Below are positions 48,852-57,459 of a stretch of 64,000 bases of DNA, in pieces. The first letter of the stretch is position 1; each line of letters starts with the position of its first letter. A program made the position numbers and the translations under genes. Below the pieces are notes generated by a model. The model was not told the DNA's origin. It was given only the letters and a program-made list of their open reading frames with translations, and did no database searches. Location of the stretch: positions 46,526 to 110,525 of the IMG/VR virus record IMGVR_UViG_3300030101_003608; one strand, 5' to 3'. Origin of the DNA: a virus.

Positions 48852-48879
48852 GAGCAGGATGTAAAAGTCCTGCTCTTTT
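48852..48879 (+). terminator. Intrinsic terminator
   Basis: GAGCAGGAT/GTCCTGCTC stem plus TTTT. Confidence 0.75.
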
Positions 48880-48907
48880 AAACATAAACAATTTAAATTT
48901 TATTTAG

Positions 48908-49042
48908 ATGCAAGAAACAACTGTATATTACATATACATTAAAAATGGAAAGGAGTACTTTACTCCAAATCAAGATGTTGCTCATAAAAGAGCAGATGAA
49001 GGCACAGAAATTAAATTAAAAACAATTAGAAATATTATTTAA
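48908..49042 (+). CDS. Small hypothetical protein, 44 aa
   Basis: MQETTVYYIYIKNGKEYFTPNQDVAHKRADEG...; below ORF cutoff. Confidence 0.55.
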   Translation: MQETTVYYIYIKNGKEYFTPNQDVAHKRADEGTEIKLKTIRNII

Positions 49043-49054
49043 TACTAAAACGTT

Positions 49055-49255
49055 ATGATTGAAAATATGATTGAAGAAATTCAAGATTTACACTTAGCTG
49101 TACATCAAGAAGAATTACAAAAAGAGCAAATAACTGAAAGATATAACTGCAGACTTACTGTACTAAATTTAAAAGCAATTAGAAATAGATTGGTTTTATT
49201 ACATCAGAGAATGATGATTCCACAGTATGGTTTTGCTAATTTTGATGAGTTATGA
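49055..49255 (+). CDS. Hypothetical protein
   Basis: 66-aa ORF in operon. Confidence 0.55.
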   Translation: MIENMIEEIQDLHLAVHQEELQKEQITERYNCRLTVLNLKAIRNRLVLLHQRMMIPQYGFANFDEL

Positions 49256-49425
49256 AAAAGAGAAGTTTAAAAACAGACCTATTTGTAGTAGGATTAGGGT
49301 TTACTTATATACTATGTGTACTAATTTTTTTATTAGTCAGTAGTTGTAAATCCGCATCATCTTGTGAAGCATATGGTCAAAATAATATGAATCATGGGAA
49401 CATATCAGAAAATAAAACAAGCTAA
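49252..49425 (+). CDS. Small lipoprotein candidate, 57 aa
   Basis: MKKRS.. hydrophobic stretch, LVSSC lipobox, then KSASSCEAYG; ATGA overlap with the previous stop. Confidence 0.55.
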   Translation: MKKRSLKTDLFVVGLGFTYILCVLIFLLVSSCKSASSCEAYGQNNMNHGNISENKTS

Positions 49426-49618
49426 AGCAGATATTACAAGACTAGAAGAAGAACTTGATCAGTCCGCATATTGGGCTGATTATGCAGTAAGAAAAGATCA
49501 ATTAGAAAGTGCTAGACGCAAATATAGAACTTTAAATAATGAACTTACTGTTCAAAATATTGTAATTGTATTAGCAATAATCATTGTAGCAGGCGTTGTT
49601 ATAAGCTGCCTGCTTTAA
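49394..49618 (+). CDS. Coiled-coil protein with C-terminal TM
   Basis: 74 aa. Confidence 0.55.
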   Translation: MGTYQKIKQAKADITRLEEELDQSAYWADYAVRKDQLESARRKYRTLNNELTVQNIVIVLAIIIVAGVVISCLL

Positions 49619-49691
49619 GATTTTTTTAAGTGGATAAGAGTTAAGGTTGAAGGCATGGCGTCTTCAGCCTTATACTCGCAATACAAAAGAC

Positions 49692-50126
49692 ATGGATTTA
49701 AAAAAAGTAAGCATTGATCTTTCAGAGGCTGATGTAGCCATAATGGTTAAAGATCTTTGTAAAAAAGCACAATCTGATGAAACAATTGAAGATATATCAA
49801 AATTACTTACAGAACTTTTATTAAAAAGTACAGAAGGTTGTAATCAATTTGTTCAAATTATTCTTGGTAATGGTTTACCAAATGCATTTTATACAGGTGA
49901 TGTAGTTAGATGTAATTGGGATAGACTTAAGATGGGTCTTTCTGGTGATGAAGAGATACATCAAAAACTTGTTGAAAATGATTTAATAGATAATGCTAAT
50001 CAAGTTATCTGTAAAGTAAAATCATTTAGAGGTTACACAGAGTATTTTCCTTATACTATAGAGTTTAAATATGGAGAAGATCTATATGCATCTTGTAGTA
50101 TGGGATTTGAAGATGTGCATCCTTAA
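49692..50126 (+). CDS. Hypothetical protein
   Basis: Likely start MDLKK (49692). Confidence 0.6.
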   Translation: MDLKKVSIDLSEADVAIMVKDLCKKAQSDETIEDISKLLTELLLKSTEGCNQFVQIILGNGLPNAFYTGDVVRCNWDRLKMGLSGDEEIHQKLVENDLIDNANQVICKVKSFRGYTEYFPYTIEFKYGEDLYASCSMGFEDVHP

Positions 50127-50164
50127 AAATATTATATTTTAGTCGAATATATGCTGATAGCAGA

Positions 50165-50202
50165 TAACAAGGGAGAAATTAAAAAATATTTTTCCCTTGT
50201 TA
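50165..50202. other. Long intergenic inverted repeat (terminator or operator)
   Basis: TAACAAGGGAGAAAT / ATTTTTCCCTTGTTA. Confidence 0.5.
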
Positions 50203-50268
50203 GCTATATAATGTGATTTTTTTATCATTAGATAGTTAACTTTTAAAAATTTATTACGTACTTAGTAT

Positions 50269-50505
50269 ATGAATTATCAGTTACCTAATGGAAAAGTCAT
50301 CTATATCTCTATAGAAGAGTACTTATCTTTAACTGATGAAGACATCCAACATCTTATAGCTTTAGACTATGGTGATGTAGTCCAAAATCCCTTTAGTGGA
50401 TCAGCAGTAGACACTAGAAAGAAACCAGAAGAGCCCAGAGAATTTTTAGATTTGAGCGAAGATGGTGAAGAATTTCCAGACATAAATCTATCAGATTTAT
50501 CTTAA
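50269..50505 (+). CDS. Acidic hypothetical protein
   Basis: YQLPNGKVIYISIEEYLSLTDEDIQ. Confidence 0.65.
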   Translation: MNYQLPNGKVIYISIEEYLSLTDEDIQHLIALDYGDVVQNPFSGSAVDTRKKPEEPREFLDLSEDGEEFPDINLSDLS

Positions 50506-50532
50506 TGTAAAATAGACTTAATAAAGTCAACT

Positions 50533-50573
50533 TACCTGTATTTTGAGCAAGTACAGGTATAGTATCGTGCTCA
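50533..50573 (+). promoter_or_regulatory. Predicted H-type pseudoknot in the leader of the 50609 gene
   Basis: S1 TACCTGTATT/AGTACAGGTA; loop TGAGCA pairs with downstream TGCTCA. Confidence 0.55.
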
Positions 50574-50608
50574 CAAAATCAATTTATTTATTTATTAAAA
50601 ATTAAATT

Positions 50609-51085
50609 ATGAATTCAAAAGTAGTAGTATTAGCAAATGAAAAAACAAAAGCAGTTGTTAACGTTAATGAAAACAAACCAGATTATGGTTATATTATGGT
50701 TGCACAATCAAAGATTGTAACAGGGTCTAATGGCTGGCTTGATGTTAAAAGAGTCACTGCTGTAGTACCAGGTAATATGGAAAAATTAACAGGAGCAGGT
50801 TTCTATGAAGGACAAGAGCTTCCTGGTAAGATTCGTACACAAGAATCTTTAGAGCCATTTTCAGATGTAAATATTGAAAAGCAAATGAAGAGAGCAGGTG
50901 GTGAAAATGCACCAGTATGTACTCTTATGGGTAAGCCAATTTATCAGCAAAGAACTTGGACTGTAGATGCAAGTCTAGAGGATGAGTTAATTGCACATGA
51001 TAATAAGGATGAAATCCGTGCATATAATGCAAGTAAAGCAGATGCTGTTACACAGCAGAATGAAGATTTTTCTATCGGAGGATAG
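50609..51085 (+). CDS. Putative ssDNA-binding (OB-fold-like) protein
   Basis: Beta-rich 158 aa with acidic/aromatic tail (NEDFSIGG); own terminator. Confidence 0.45.
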   Translation: MNSKVVVLANEKTKAVVNVNENKPDYGYIMVAQSKIVTGSNGWLDVKRVTAVVPGNMEKLTGAGFYEGQELPGKIRTQESLEPFSDVNIEKQMKRAGGENAPVCTLMGKPIYQQRTWTVDASLEDELIAHDNKDEIRAYNASKADAVTQQNEDFSIGG

Positions 51086-51106
51086 TAAATTTTAAAGGTT
51101 ACAGAT

Positions 51107-51131
51107 AAAGGGTCAGCAATGGCCCTTTTTC
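51107..51131 (+). terminator. Intrinsic terminator
   Basis: AAAGGGTCA/TGGCCCTTT stem, GCAA loop, U-tract. Confidence 0.75.
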
Positions 51132-51160
51132 TATTTATGAATTAGTTAAAAATGTAAAAG

Positions 51161-51655
51161 ATGACTTCGACTAAAAAACACAAATTTGAATACTCTGGTA
51201 AATTAGAAGAGTATCAGCTGTATAAGAAAAATACTTATACAAAATATGAGACAGATAAATATTCTCAATATCAAAACTTTTTATATAAGAGAGCTTTGTA
51301 TGGTCTCAGGTCTTTACCTATTGAAGAGGTAGAAAAGATGAGTAAACAAAAGAAAATCAGGATTAACAAAGTGCACAGAAGAGCACAACGTGTTATAAAT
51401 GAAGCTAAACAAAGAAAAGTAATAAGAATTACTAATAAAATGTTTAGCAAATGGTTTCCGGATACAACATTTACAAAGTTTATGTTGAATAGTACTGAAA
51501 CGGATTATAAATTTAAGAATACTTTAAATTTTAAAGATTTAAATATGAATAAAGATGAAATAATTCGTATATTTATGGAGGAAGGAATCTTAAGTTCAAA
51601 CTTTTTAAGTTTAACTAGAGATCCTAATCAATTACCAAGACTAAAAAATGTATAA
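51161..51655 (+). CDS. Basic hypothetical protein
   Basis: 164 aa. Confidence 0.6.
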   Translation: MTSTKKHKFEYSGKLEEYQLYKKNTYTKYETDKYSQYQNFLYKRALYGLRSLPIEEVEKMSKQKKIRINKVHRRAQRVINEAKQRKVIRITNKMFSKWFPDTTFTKFMLNSTETDYKFKNTLNFKDLNMNKDEIIRIFMEEGILSSNFLSLTRDPNQLPRLKNV

Positions 51656-51848
51656 GAATCAAGAATTATCAAAAATTGACCAAGAGTTTTTTGATTTGAC
51701 TAAAAACTTTGATCTAGAAGATTGGAGAACAGTTAGAACAGAAGATTATTGGTGGGTTAAAACCCCTATAGGTACTAAAAGACCTAGAACAAAATATGAA
51801 AAGTTAGATCTTCTTACACATTATGTCAATAAAGGTGTTCCAAAATGA
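51648..51848 (+). CDS. Hypothetical protein
   Basis: 66 aa, overlapping start/stop. Confidence 0.55.
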   Translation: MYKNQELSKIDQEFFDLTKNFDLEDWRTVRTEDYWWVKTPIGTKRPRTKYEKLDLLTHYVNKGVPK

Positions 51849-52249
51849 AACCAAAGTTAAAAGAATGTGACAGTTGTGGTAAAATGACTGTCATATGGAA
51901 GAATCATGAGGGTAATAGATATTGTAAATATTGCTGGAGTTGCCACAAAAGCAGTACAAACAAGCCACAGAAACCAAACGTATCTATCCCTCGTGTTTCT
52001 GCCAAAAGAAAGAAGAAAGATGCTGAATATCTTAAATTAAGAGAAAGGTATCTTACTCACAATTCCTTATGTAAGGTTAAAGTTCATGGATGTAGCCAAC
52101 AAGCTACTGATATCCATCATACATATGCAGGCAGTAACCGTGATACTTATTATTTAATACAAAGTACATGGATTCCTGTCTGTAGGAATTGTCATAACTG
52201 GATACATGATCATCCAGAAGAAGCAAGAATTATGAATTATTTAAACTAA
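51845..52249 (+). CDS. HNH-type endonuclease with N-terminal zinc finger
   Basis: CDSC..CKYC; C..C..ATDIHH..VCRNCHNWIH. Confidence 0.7.
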   Translation: MKPKLKECDSCGKMTVIWKNHEGNRYCKYCWSCHKSSTNKPQKPNVSIPRVSAKRKKKDAEYLKLRERYLTHNSLCKVKVHGCSQQATDIHHTYAGSNRDTYYLIQSTWIPVCRNCHNWIHDHPEEARIMNYLN

Positions 52250-52253
52250 TTTT

Positions 52254-52475
52254 ATGAGACAATTTAGAGCTGATAATAGAACTACTGTTTTTTTCAATTA
52301 TACTAAATTATATAATTCTACAGCTGGTGCTCATTTTATTGAGGTAAGACCTGGTGTAAAATTTTGGATACCAAGAGCGTGGATAACTAAGTTTAATAGA
52401 AAGAAAAAAAGAATAGAGGTTAAAGGTTATTGGGCCGATGAACTAAAATTAAAATTAAAAGGTACAGTAAAATGA
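52254..52475 (+). CDS. Hypothetical protein
   Basis: 73 aa; FWIPRAWI. Confidence 0.55.
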   Translation: MRQFRADNRTTVFFNYTKLYNSTAGAHFIEVRPGVKFWIPRAWITKFNRKKKRIEVKGYWADELKLKLKGTVK

Positions 52476-52732
52476 TAGATAAAAATAAAAATTTAGATGA
52501 GCCTTCTTATGTATTAGTAAGAGCAAAAGGTGATATGTTGTATGATAATCATAGAGGATATTTTAAGTATAAAGATAAAAATGATGTTCATAACATAGTT
52601 AAGTTGGGTAGTAAAGAAGCTTTATCAGCTGCTGTTACTACAGCAAAAGCTCTTGCTCATGAAACAGCAAAGCCTTTATGGTATAGAGTTATGAATTATT
52701 TAGAAGATAAATATAGAATAAAATATGGATAG
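52472..52732 (+). CDS. Hypothetical protein
   Basis: 86 aa. Confidence 0.55.
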   Translation: MIDKNKNLDEPSYVLVRAKGDMLYDNHRGYFKYKDKNDVHNIVKLGSKEALSAAVTTAKALAHETAKPLWYRVMNYLEDKYRIKYG

Positions 52733-53819
52733 AGATAAAGTACAAGCTGAAGCTTTGAAAGCAACTTTAGGTAAAGATAGATGTGGTTTAGCTTTAGCTA
52801 CAGGCGTTGGTAAGACACTTGTTGCATTAAATCACTTAGAGAATCATTATTCTCCTATGTTAGAAATCCTTGTAGTTGCACCAAAACTGTCAATTTTTGA
52901 TAGTTGGAAAGCAGAAGCACAAAAATTTGACAAAGAAAAGTTATTAACAAAAGCAGTGTTTACAACTTACTTAAGCTTAAATAAACATAATCCAAAAGAT
53001 TTTGACATAATATATTTAGATGAGTGTCATAGTCTATTAGATTCTCATAGAACGTTCTTAAATGAATATAAAGGTAAAATTTTAGGTCTTACAGGTACAC
53101 CACCAAAGTATGCTAATTCTGAAAAGGGTAAGCTGGTAAGTCAATTTTGTCCTATGATATATGAATTTGTTACTGACAGTGCAGTAGAGAATAATATTCT
53201 TAATGACTATCAAATAATTGTACATGAGCTTGAATTAAGCACAAAAAATAATTATCTAGTAGAGATGAAGAATAAAAGTTTTAGAACTTCAGAGCAAAAA
53301 AATTATGCATATTGGTGCAATAGAATTGATACCACAACAGGTAACATGCATATTGTTAGAGTTATGAGAATGAAAGCTATGATGGAGTATCCTAGTAAGG
53401 AATTATATGCTAAATTATTATTCGCTAGCATAAAAGAAAAGTGTATTTTATTTGCTAATACACAGGATCAGGCGGATAGATTATGTGAGTATAGTTATCA
53501 TAGCAATAATGTAGACTCAGAAGATAATCTAGAAATGTTTAAGGAAGGTTTAATTACTAAATTATCCTCTGTAATGCAGCTAAATGAAGGTGTAAATATT
53601 CCAGAGTTAAGGCAAGGAATTATTATGCATGCATATGGTAATGAAAGAAAAGCACAACAGAGGATAGGAAGGTTACTGAGACTTAATCCAGATGAAAAAG
53701 CTATAGTACATGTATTATGTTATAAACATACTGTAGATGAAAAATGGGTAAAATCAGCATTAGAAACCCTAGATCAGAGTAAAATTAAATGGGCAAACTA
53801 CCAGGTAAATCTAGGTTAG
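52725..53819 (+). CDS. Superfamily 2 DExH helicase
   Basis: ATGVGKT, DECH, LTGT, NEGVNIP, QRIGRLLR. Confidence 0.9.
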   Translation: MDRDKVQAEALKATLGKDRCGLALATGVGKTLVALNHLENHYSPMLEILVVAPKLSIFDSWKAEAQKFDKEKLLTKAVFTTYLSLNKHNPKDFDIIYLDECHSLLDSHRTFLNEYKGKILGLTGTPPKYANSEKGKLVSQFCPMIYEFVTDSAVENNILNDYQIIVHELELSTKNNYLVEMKNKSFRTSEQKNYAYWCNRIDTTTGNMHIVRVMRMKAMMEYPSKELYAKLLFASIKEKCILFANTQDQADRLCEYSYHSNNVDSEDNLEMFKEGLITKLSSVMQLNEGVNIPELRQGIIMHAYGNERKAQQRIGRLLRLNPDEKAIVHVLCYKHTVDEKWVKSALETLDQSKIKWANYQVNLG

Positions 53820-53855
53820 AAGCCAAATTGTCGTTAAAAATTAGTATATTATTAT

Positions 53856-54113
53856 ATGAGTGAATCTAAAACACATAAGGTTACTTTGTATAATGATGAT
53901 GAATTGAGTTATCAATATGTCATCGCATGCTTAATTGAAATATGTGGTCACACACCTATTCAAGCAGAGCAATGTGCGATTATAGCACACAATAGAGGAA
54001 ATGTAGATGTTGCATCAGGCTCTTTTGATAGAATGTATGAAATTTTAGAAACATTAGATCACGTAAACATTGAAGCAAGTATTGAACAATATGAAAGCAA
54101 TTTGTATAGATAA
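53856..54113 (+). CDS. clpS: ClpS-like ATP-dependent Clp protease adaptor
   Basis: VTLYNDD..YVIACLIEICGHTPIQAEQCAIIAHNRG..V.SG matches Bacteroidota-type ClpS. Confidence 0.8.
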   Translation: MSESKTHKVTLYNDDELSYQYVIACLIEICGHTPIQAEQCAIIAHNRGNVDVASGSFDRMYEILETLDHVNIEASIEQYESNLYR

Positions 54114-54405
54114 CAGTAATAAACCAGAAGGTATTTCAGAAGAGGAATGGCTTGAAGAAGGTATGGTATATACTATTACTGAAGTAGTAGAAATGGCTTT
54201 GCAAGATGGAAACCTGGGTATAGCTCTTGAAGAAGTTAAGCTTACTAAAGCTTCTGCTCCTTATAAGTACTATGCAATTGAAAGGTTTCTTCTTGTACCT
54301 GAAGGTTCTCTTGTTAGTTTAAAAGCTACAGAAGAGGCTGTTAAAAAAGAAATAAAAAATATGGAGATTAATGCAGATGATGCAGATTTATCTTCTTTAG
54401 CTTAA
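54091..54405 (+). CDS. Hypothetical protein
   Basis: Likely start MKAICID. Confidence 0.6.
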   Translation: MKAICIDNSNKPEGISEEEWLEEGMVYTITEVVEMALQDGNLGIALEEVKLTKASAPYKYYAIERFLLVPEGSLVSLKATEEAVKKEIKNMEINADDADLSSLA

Positions 54406-54418
54406 AATCAAATTAATT

Positions 54419-54598
54419 ATGGGAGAACAATTTTTAGAAGCAACTATGTGGTTGCTTGTATTATATTTTATGATATCACAAATCATGTTAATGTACTTTT
54501 GGTACACAATTGCGCAAGCACATGGTTTTTTGTATACAATATTTATTGGGCCTTTTGAAGCAATGTTTAAAGGACTTCTATGGCCTTTTTTTTACTAA
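54419..54598 (+). CDS. Small membrane protein, 59 aa
   Basis: MGEQFLEATMWLLVLYFMISQ...LLWPFFY; below ORF cutoff. Confidence 0.55.
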   Translation: MGEQFLEATMWLLVLYFMISQIMLMYFWYTIAQAHGFLYTIFIGPFEAMFKGLLWPFFY

Positions 54599-54614
54599 AT
54601 TAAAAATTAGAACA

Positions 54615-54866
54615 ATGGGCAGAATGAAAGAAATATTTATGGACATCCGTAGGCATAACAATGGAGATTTACCTAAAGAAATGACTATAGCAGATGTTGC
54701 AAGAATGAAAGAATTAGAAATTTATAATTGGAGATTATATGAACAAGAACTTGAAAAGATTGAGAAAAAGAATAATCCTCTTCAAGCAGAGGAAAGGCAA
54801 TTTATCATTCAAGATAAACCGAATTGTAATAAACCAGCAGACTGGAGCCCAAATTGCCCCTTCTAA
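54615..54866 (+). CDS. Hypothetical protein
   Basis: Likely start MGRMKEIFM. Confidence 0.6.
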   Translation: MGRMKEIFMDIRRHNNGDLPKEMTIADVARMKELEIYNWRLYEQELEKIEKKNNPLQAEERQFIIQDKPNCNKPADWSPNCPF

Positions 54867-54877
54867 ATATATAAATA

Positions 54878-55720
54878 ATGAGTGGGGTAATTAAGCGTCA
54901 AGTTACAAAGACCTTAGTTACAAAAGACAATAACAATAGTGCTAACTGTATAGCGCCAAATCTTATCTATGGATGTTTTGGTGGTTGTGTAGATACCTAT
55001 TGTTATATGTCTAGGTATAATGGTAAGAGAGTTTTTGTAAATGAAAATGTAGATGATATCTTTAACTCTGTTGTAGAATGGGAAAAAGGTTTTACTAAGG
55101 TTCCTGATCAGCAGGATCCAGTATACACTATGGTAGATATTGCATGTAACACAGATTTAGTACTAATGCAGCGTTATTTACCTGAGCCATTGATAGATTA
55201 TCTTAAAAGATATGATAATCATCCTACCTTAAATTCAACTATGGCAACTAAGTATCCTAGTTTGTTGAAACTTAATGTCAAAAAGTTCAACAAAAAACCA
55301 AGGGTAAGAGTTAGTCTTATGCCGCAAAGATTTGCAGATGTATTAGAACCTAAGATGCAAAAGGTTGCAAGAAGGATCCCTGAGATTAATAGACTTAAGG
55401 ACCTTGGGTGGGAAGTGCATGTTAACTATAGCCCTCTTGTTTTCTACAAAAAATGGAAACAAGACTACAGTGAGTTGTTTAAGATGGTAAAAGATATAGC
55501 AGGAGTAAATAAATGTGAGGTAATTGCATTAACTAATCATGCTAATCAAATGAAAAGATCTTCTCATGAGGCTAGGGAATTAATGAGCCTTAGTTATGAA
55601 GTTAAAAATAAATCAGGTGTAATGAGGTATCCTCTTAAACATAAAACAAGATTACTAGAAGAGTTTAAAGATTTATATTCTGAATATTTTGATTTAGAAA
55701 CAATTAGATATATATTTTAA
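54878..55720 (+). CDS. Spore photoproduct lyase-like radical SAM protein
   Basis: GCFGGCVDTYCYM, DIACNTD, ATKY, RVRVSLMP, GWEVHVNYSP, MRY and terminal IRYIF resemble the SPL family. Confidence 0.7.
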   Translation: MSGVIKRQVTKTLVTKDNNNSANCIAPNLIYGCFGGCVDTYCYMSRYNGKRVFVNENVDDIFNSVVEWEKGFTKVPDQQDPVYTMVDIACNTDLVLMQRYLPEPLIDYLKRYDNHPTLNSTMATKYPSLLKLNVKKFNKKPRVRVSLMPQRFADVLEPKMQKVARRIPEINRLKDLGWEVHVNYSPLVFYKKWKQDYSELFKMVKDIAGVNKCEVIALTNHANQMKRSSHEARELMSLSYEVKNKSGVMRYPLKHKTRLLEEFKDLYSEYFDLETIRYIF

Positions 55721-55721
55721 A

Positions 55722-55910
55722 ATGAAAAATTTCATTAAATTTACATTAATATGGATTAGTCAAAATTTAGCAATACCATTTTGGATAATAGGACATGTGC
55801 ATCTATCAACTAACATATATAAAGATTTACATGAAATATTAGCATCAGTTGGTATGAATTTAATTGTACTAATCGGCTTTATTTTAGATTATAAAAATTT
55901 AAAAAAATGA
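55722..55910 (+). CDS. Small membrane protein
   Basis: WISQNLAIPFW..GHVHL; two hydrophobic segments. Confidence 0.6.
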   Translation: MKNFIKFTLIWISQNLAIPFWIIGHVHLSTNIYKDLHEILASVGMNLIVLIGFILDYKNLKK

Positions 55911-56101
55911 AAAAAAGTGTATTATTTAGTTTACTACTAGTTAGTTGTAATGAAAATGTTAGTGTTAATACTAATGAAGCTAACATGGCTATTATAAAAA
56001 AACAAGATAGTACAATTTTATTATTAGAAGACGCATTAGATTTATGCGAGGAAGAAAATCAGATCTTAGGATCAGCATTAGCAGAAAAAAATGGCAACTA
56101 A
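55907..56101 (+). CDS. Small lipoprotein
   Basis: MKKSVLFSLLLVSC lipobox, coiled coil. Confidence 0.6.
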   Translation: MKKSVLFSLLLVSCNENVSVNTNEANMAIIKKQDSTILLLEDALDLCEEENQILGSALAEKNGN

Positions 56102-56208
56102 TATAGCTGACTGGATAAAATATTGGGATAACTTTGATAGGGATCTTTATATTCAATATCTTATAGAACTCCAAAGGAGAAGTTAATAACAATTTAAAAC
56201 CAACAAAA

Positions 56209-56406
56209 ATGTCAATAGATAATCAAATATTTCAACATTATAGAGATAAAATTAAAAAAGAAATCTTAGATAGATTAGTCTTTGTAGATTGGGATAGCAA
56301 AAACAAAGATGATGAAATTTGGAAAGATCCTTATACAGACAGAAAATATCATGTCAAAGTAGAGAAAAAAAGAGATTTTGACAATATGAAAGAAATAGAA
56401 GTTTGA
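56209..56406 (+). CDS. Hypothetical protein
   Basis: 65 aa, AACCAACAAAA leader. Confidence 0.6.
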   Translation: MSIDNQIFQHYRDKIKKEILDRLVFVDWDSKNKDDEIWKDPYTDRKYHVKVEKKRDFDNMKEIEV

Positions 56407-56555
56407 AAAAACATTACTATAGAATAAAATTTGGTAAACATAAAGGAAAGTCTTTAGATGATATTCCTTTTGACTATTTAAGATGGTTAGCTAAACAGGA
56501 TTGGTGTCCTAAAGCTGTTATAAACTATCTTAAAAAAAATAATAATATAATTTAA
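56403..56555 (+). CDS. Small DUF3820 / ExoX C-terminal-like protein, 50 aa
   Basis: TTG start; FGKHKGKSLDDIPFDYLRWL. Confidence 0.65.
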   Translation: MKKHYYRIKFGKHKGKSLDDIPFDYLRWLAKQDWCPKAVINYLKKNNNII

Positions 56556-56559
56556 TATT

Positions 56560-56787
56560 ATGAAAAAAAAGATAAAGCCAGGATTAAATAAAAATAATTT
56601 AAATAAATTAAGACAAGTAAAAGGTGTAGATAGTAACACCAGTACAGGTATATATAGTATAGATAATCAGTTGATTGCTATGCCAAACATTACTGCCCTA
56701 ATGGTGCATTTTGTAAAAAAGTATCCAAATGATGCTGATTTAGGTAAACATGTTAGAAATACAATTATGTCATGGAAAGAAGAATAG
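56560..56787 (+). CDS. Hypothetical protein
   Basis: KKYPNDADLGKHVR motif. Confidence 0.6.
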   Translation: MKKKIKPGLNKNNLNKLRQVKGVDSNTSTGIYSIDNQLIAMPNITALMVHFVKKYPNDADLGKHVRNTIMSWKEE

Positions 56788-57179
56788 CAAACTTAGCAAA
56801 AAAGATTTGTCTAGAACATTTTGAAATGTCATCAAACTCTGGTACAAATTATTTATGGTTTATGTATATTGATGGAACAAAAAAAGGTACATTTAAACCT
56901 TTTATATTCCTAGCAGAATTACATTTACTATTATATCTTAATCTTATGGAGCAAGGTCAAGTTGATAATTGCATTAGCTTATTAAGATCTCCAGATAAAG
57001 AAAATTTATTTGTAGCATCACAAGTAATTAACTTTTTTAGAAAAGAAAGGATTAAAAACTTAGGAAAGTATAATGGCAAGGATCCAGGCATATATGCTGA
57101 TGCAGTGCGTGATTATGATACTAAAATTGTAAACACATCTTTGTGGAATAATGTACAAAAACTAGAAACAAATGAGTGA
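56772..57179 (+). CDS. Hypothetical protein
   Basis: 135 aa. Confidence 0.55.
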   Translation: MERRIANLAKKICLEHFEMSSNSGTNYLWFMYIDGTKKGTFKPFIFLAELHLLLYLNLMEQGQVDNCISLLRSPDKENLFVASQVINFFRKERIKNLGKYNGKDPGIYADAVRDYDTKIVNTSLWNNVQKLETNE

Positions 57180-57459
57180 AGAAGAAATACTTACATTAGG
57201 TTTTGAGAAAACTTATGTTAATGATAGCGAGAGTCAAAATGGTTATGACTATTATTATTACCAAATAGAATTAATGAAAGGTTTAGTATTATATACATCA
57301 GCAAGTGATGAAGTTGGTACAGATAAAGAATGGGCCGTATATATGTCAGAACCGGATTGTGAAATTTGGAGTTACAAACTAGTAAATCAATTAATAGATG
57401 TTTTCAGCAAAATTAAAAATGCAAAACGGAAAGCTGGTGTATCCAAAGAAAGAGGATAA
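57172..57459 (+). CDS. Hypothetical protein
   Basis: 95 aa; LGFEK..YYYY. Confidence 0.55.
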   Translation: MSEEEILTLGFEKTYVNDSESQNGYDYYYYQIELMKGLVLYTSASDEVGTDKEWAVYMSEPDCEIWSYKLVNQLIDVFSKIKNAKRKAGVSKERG

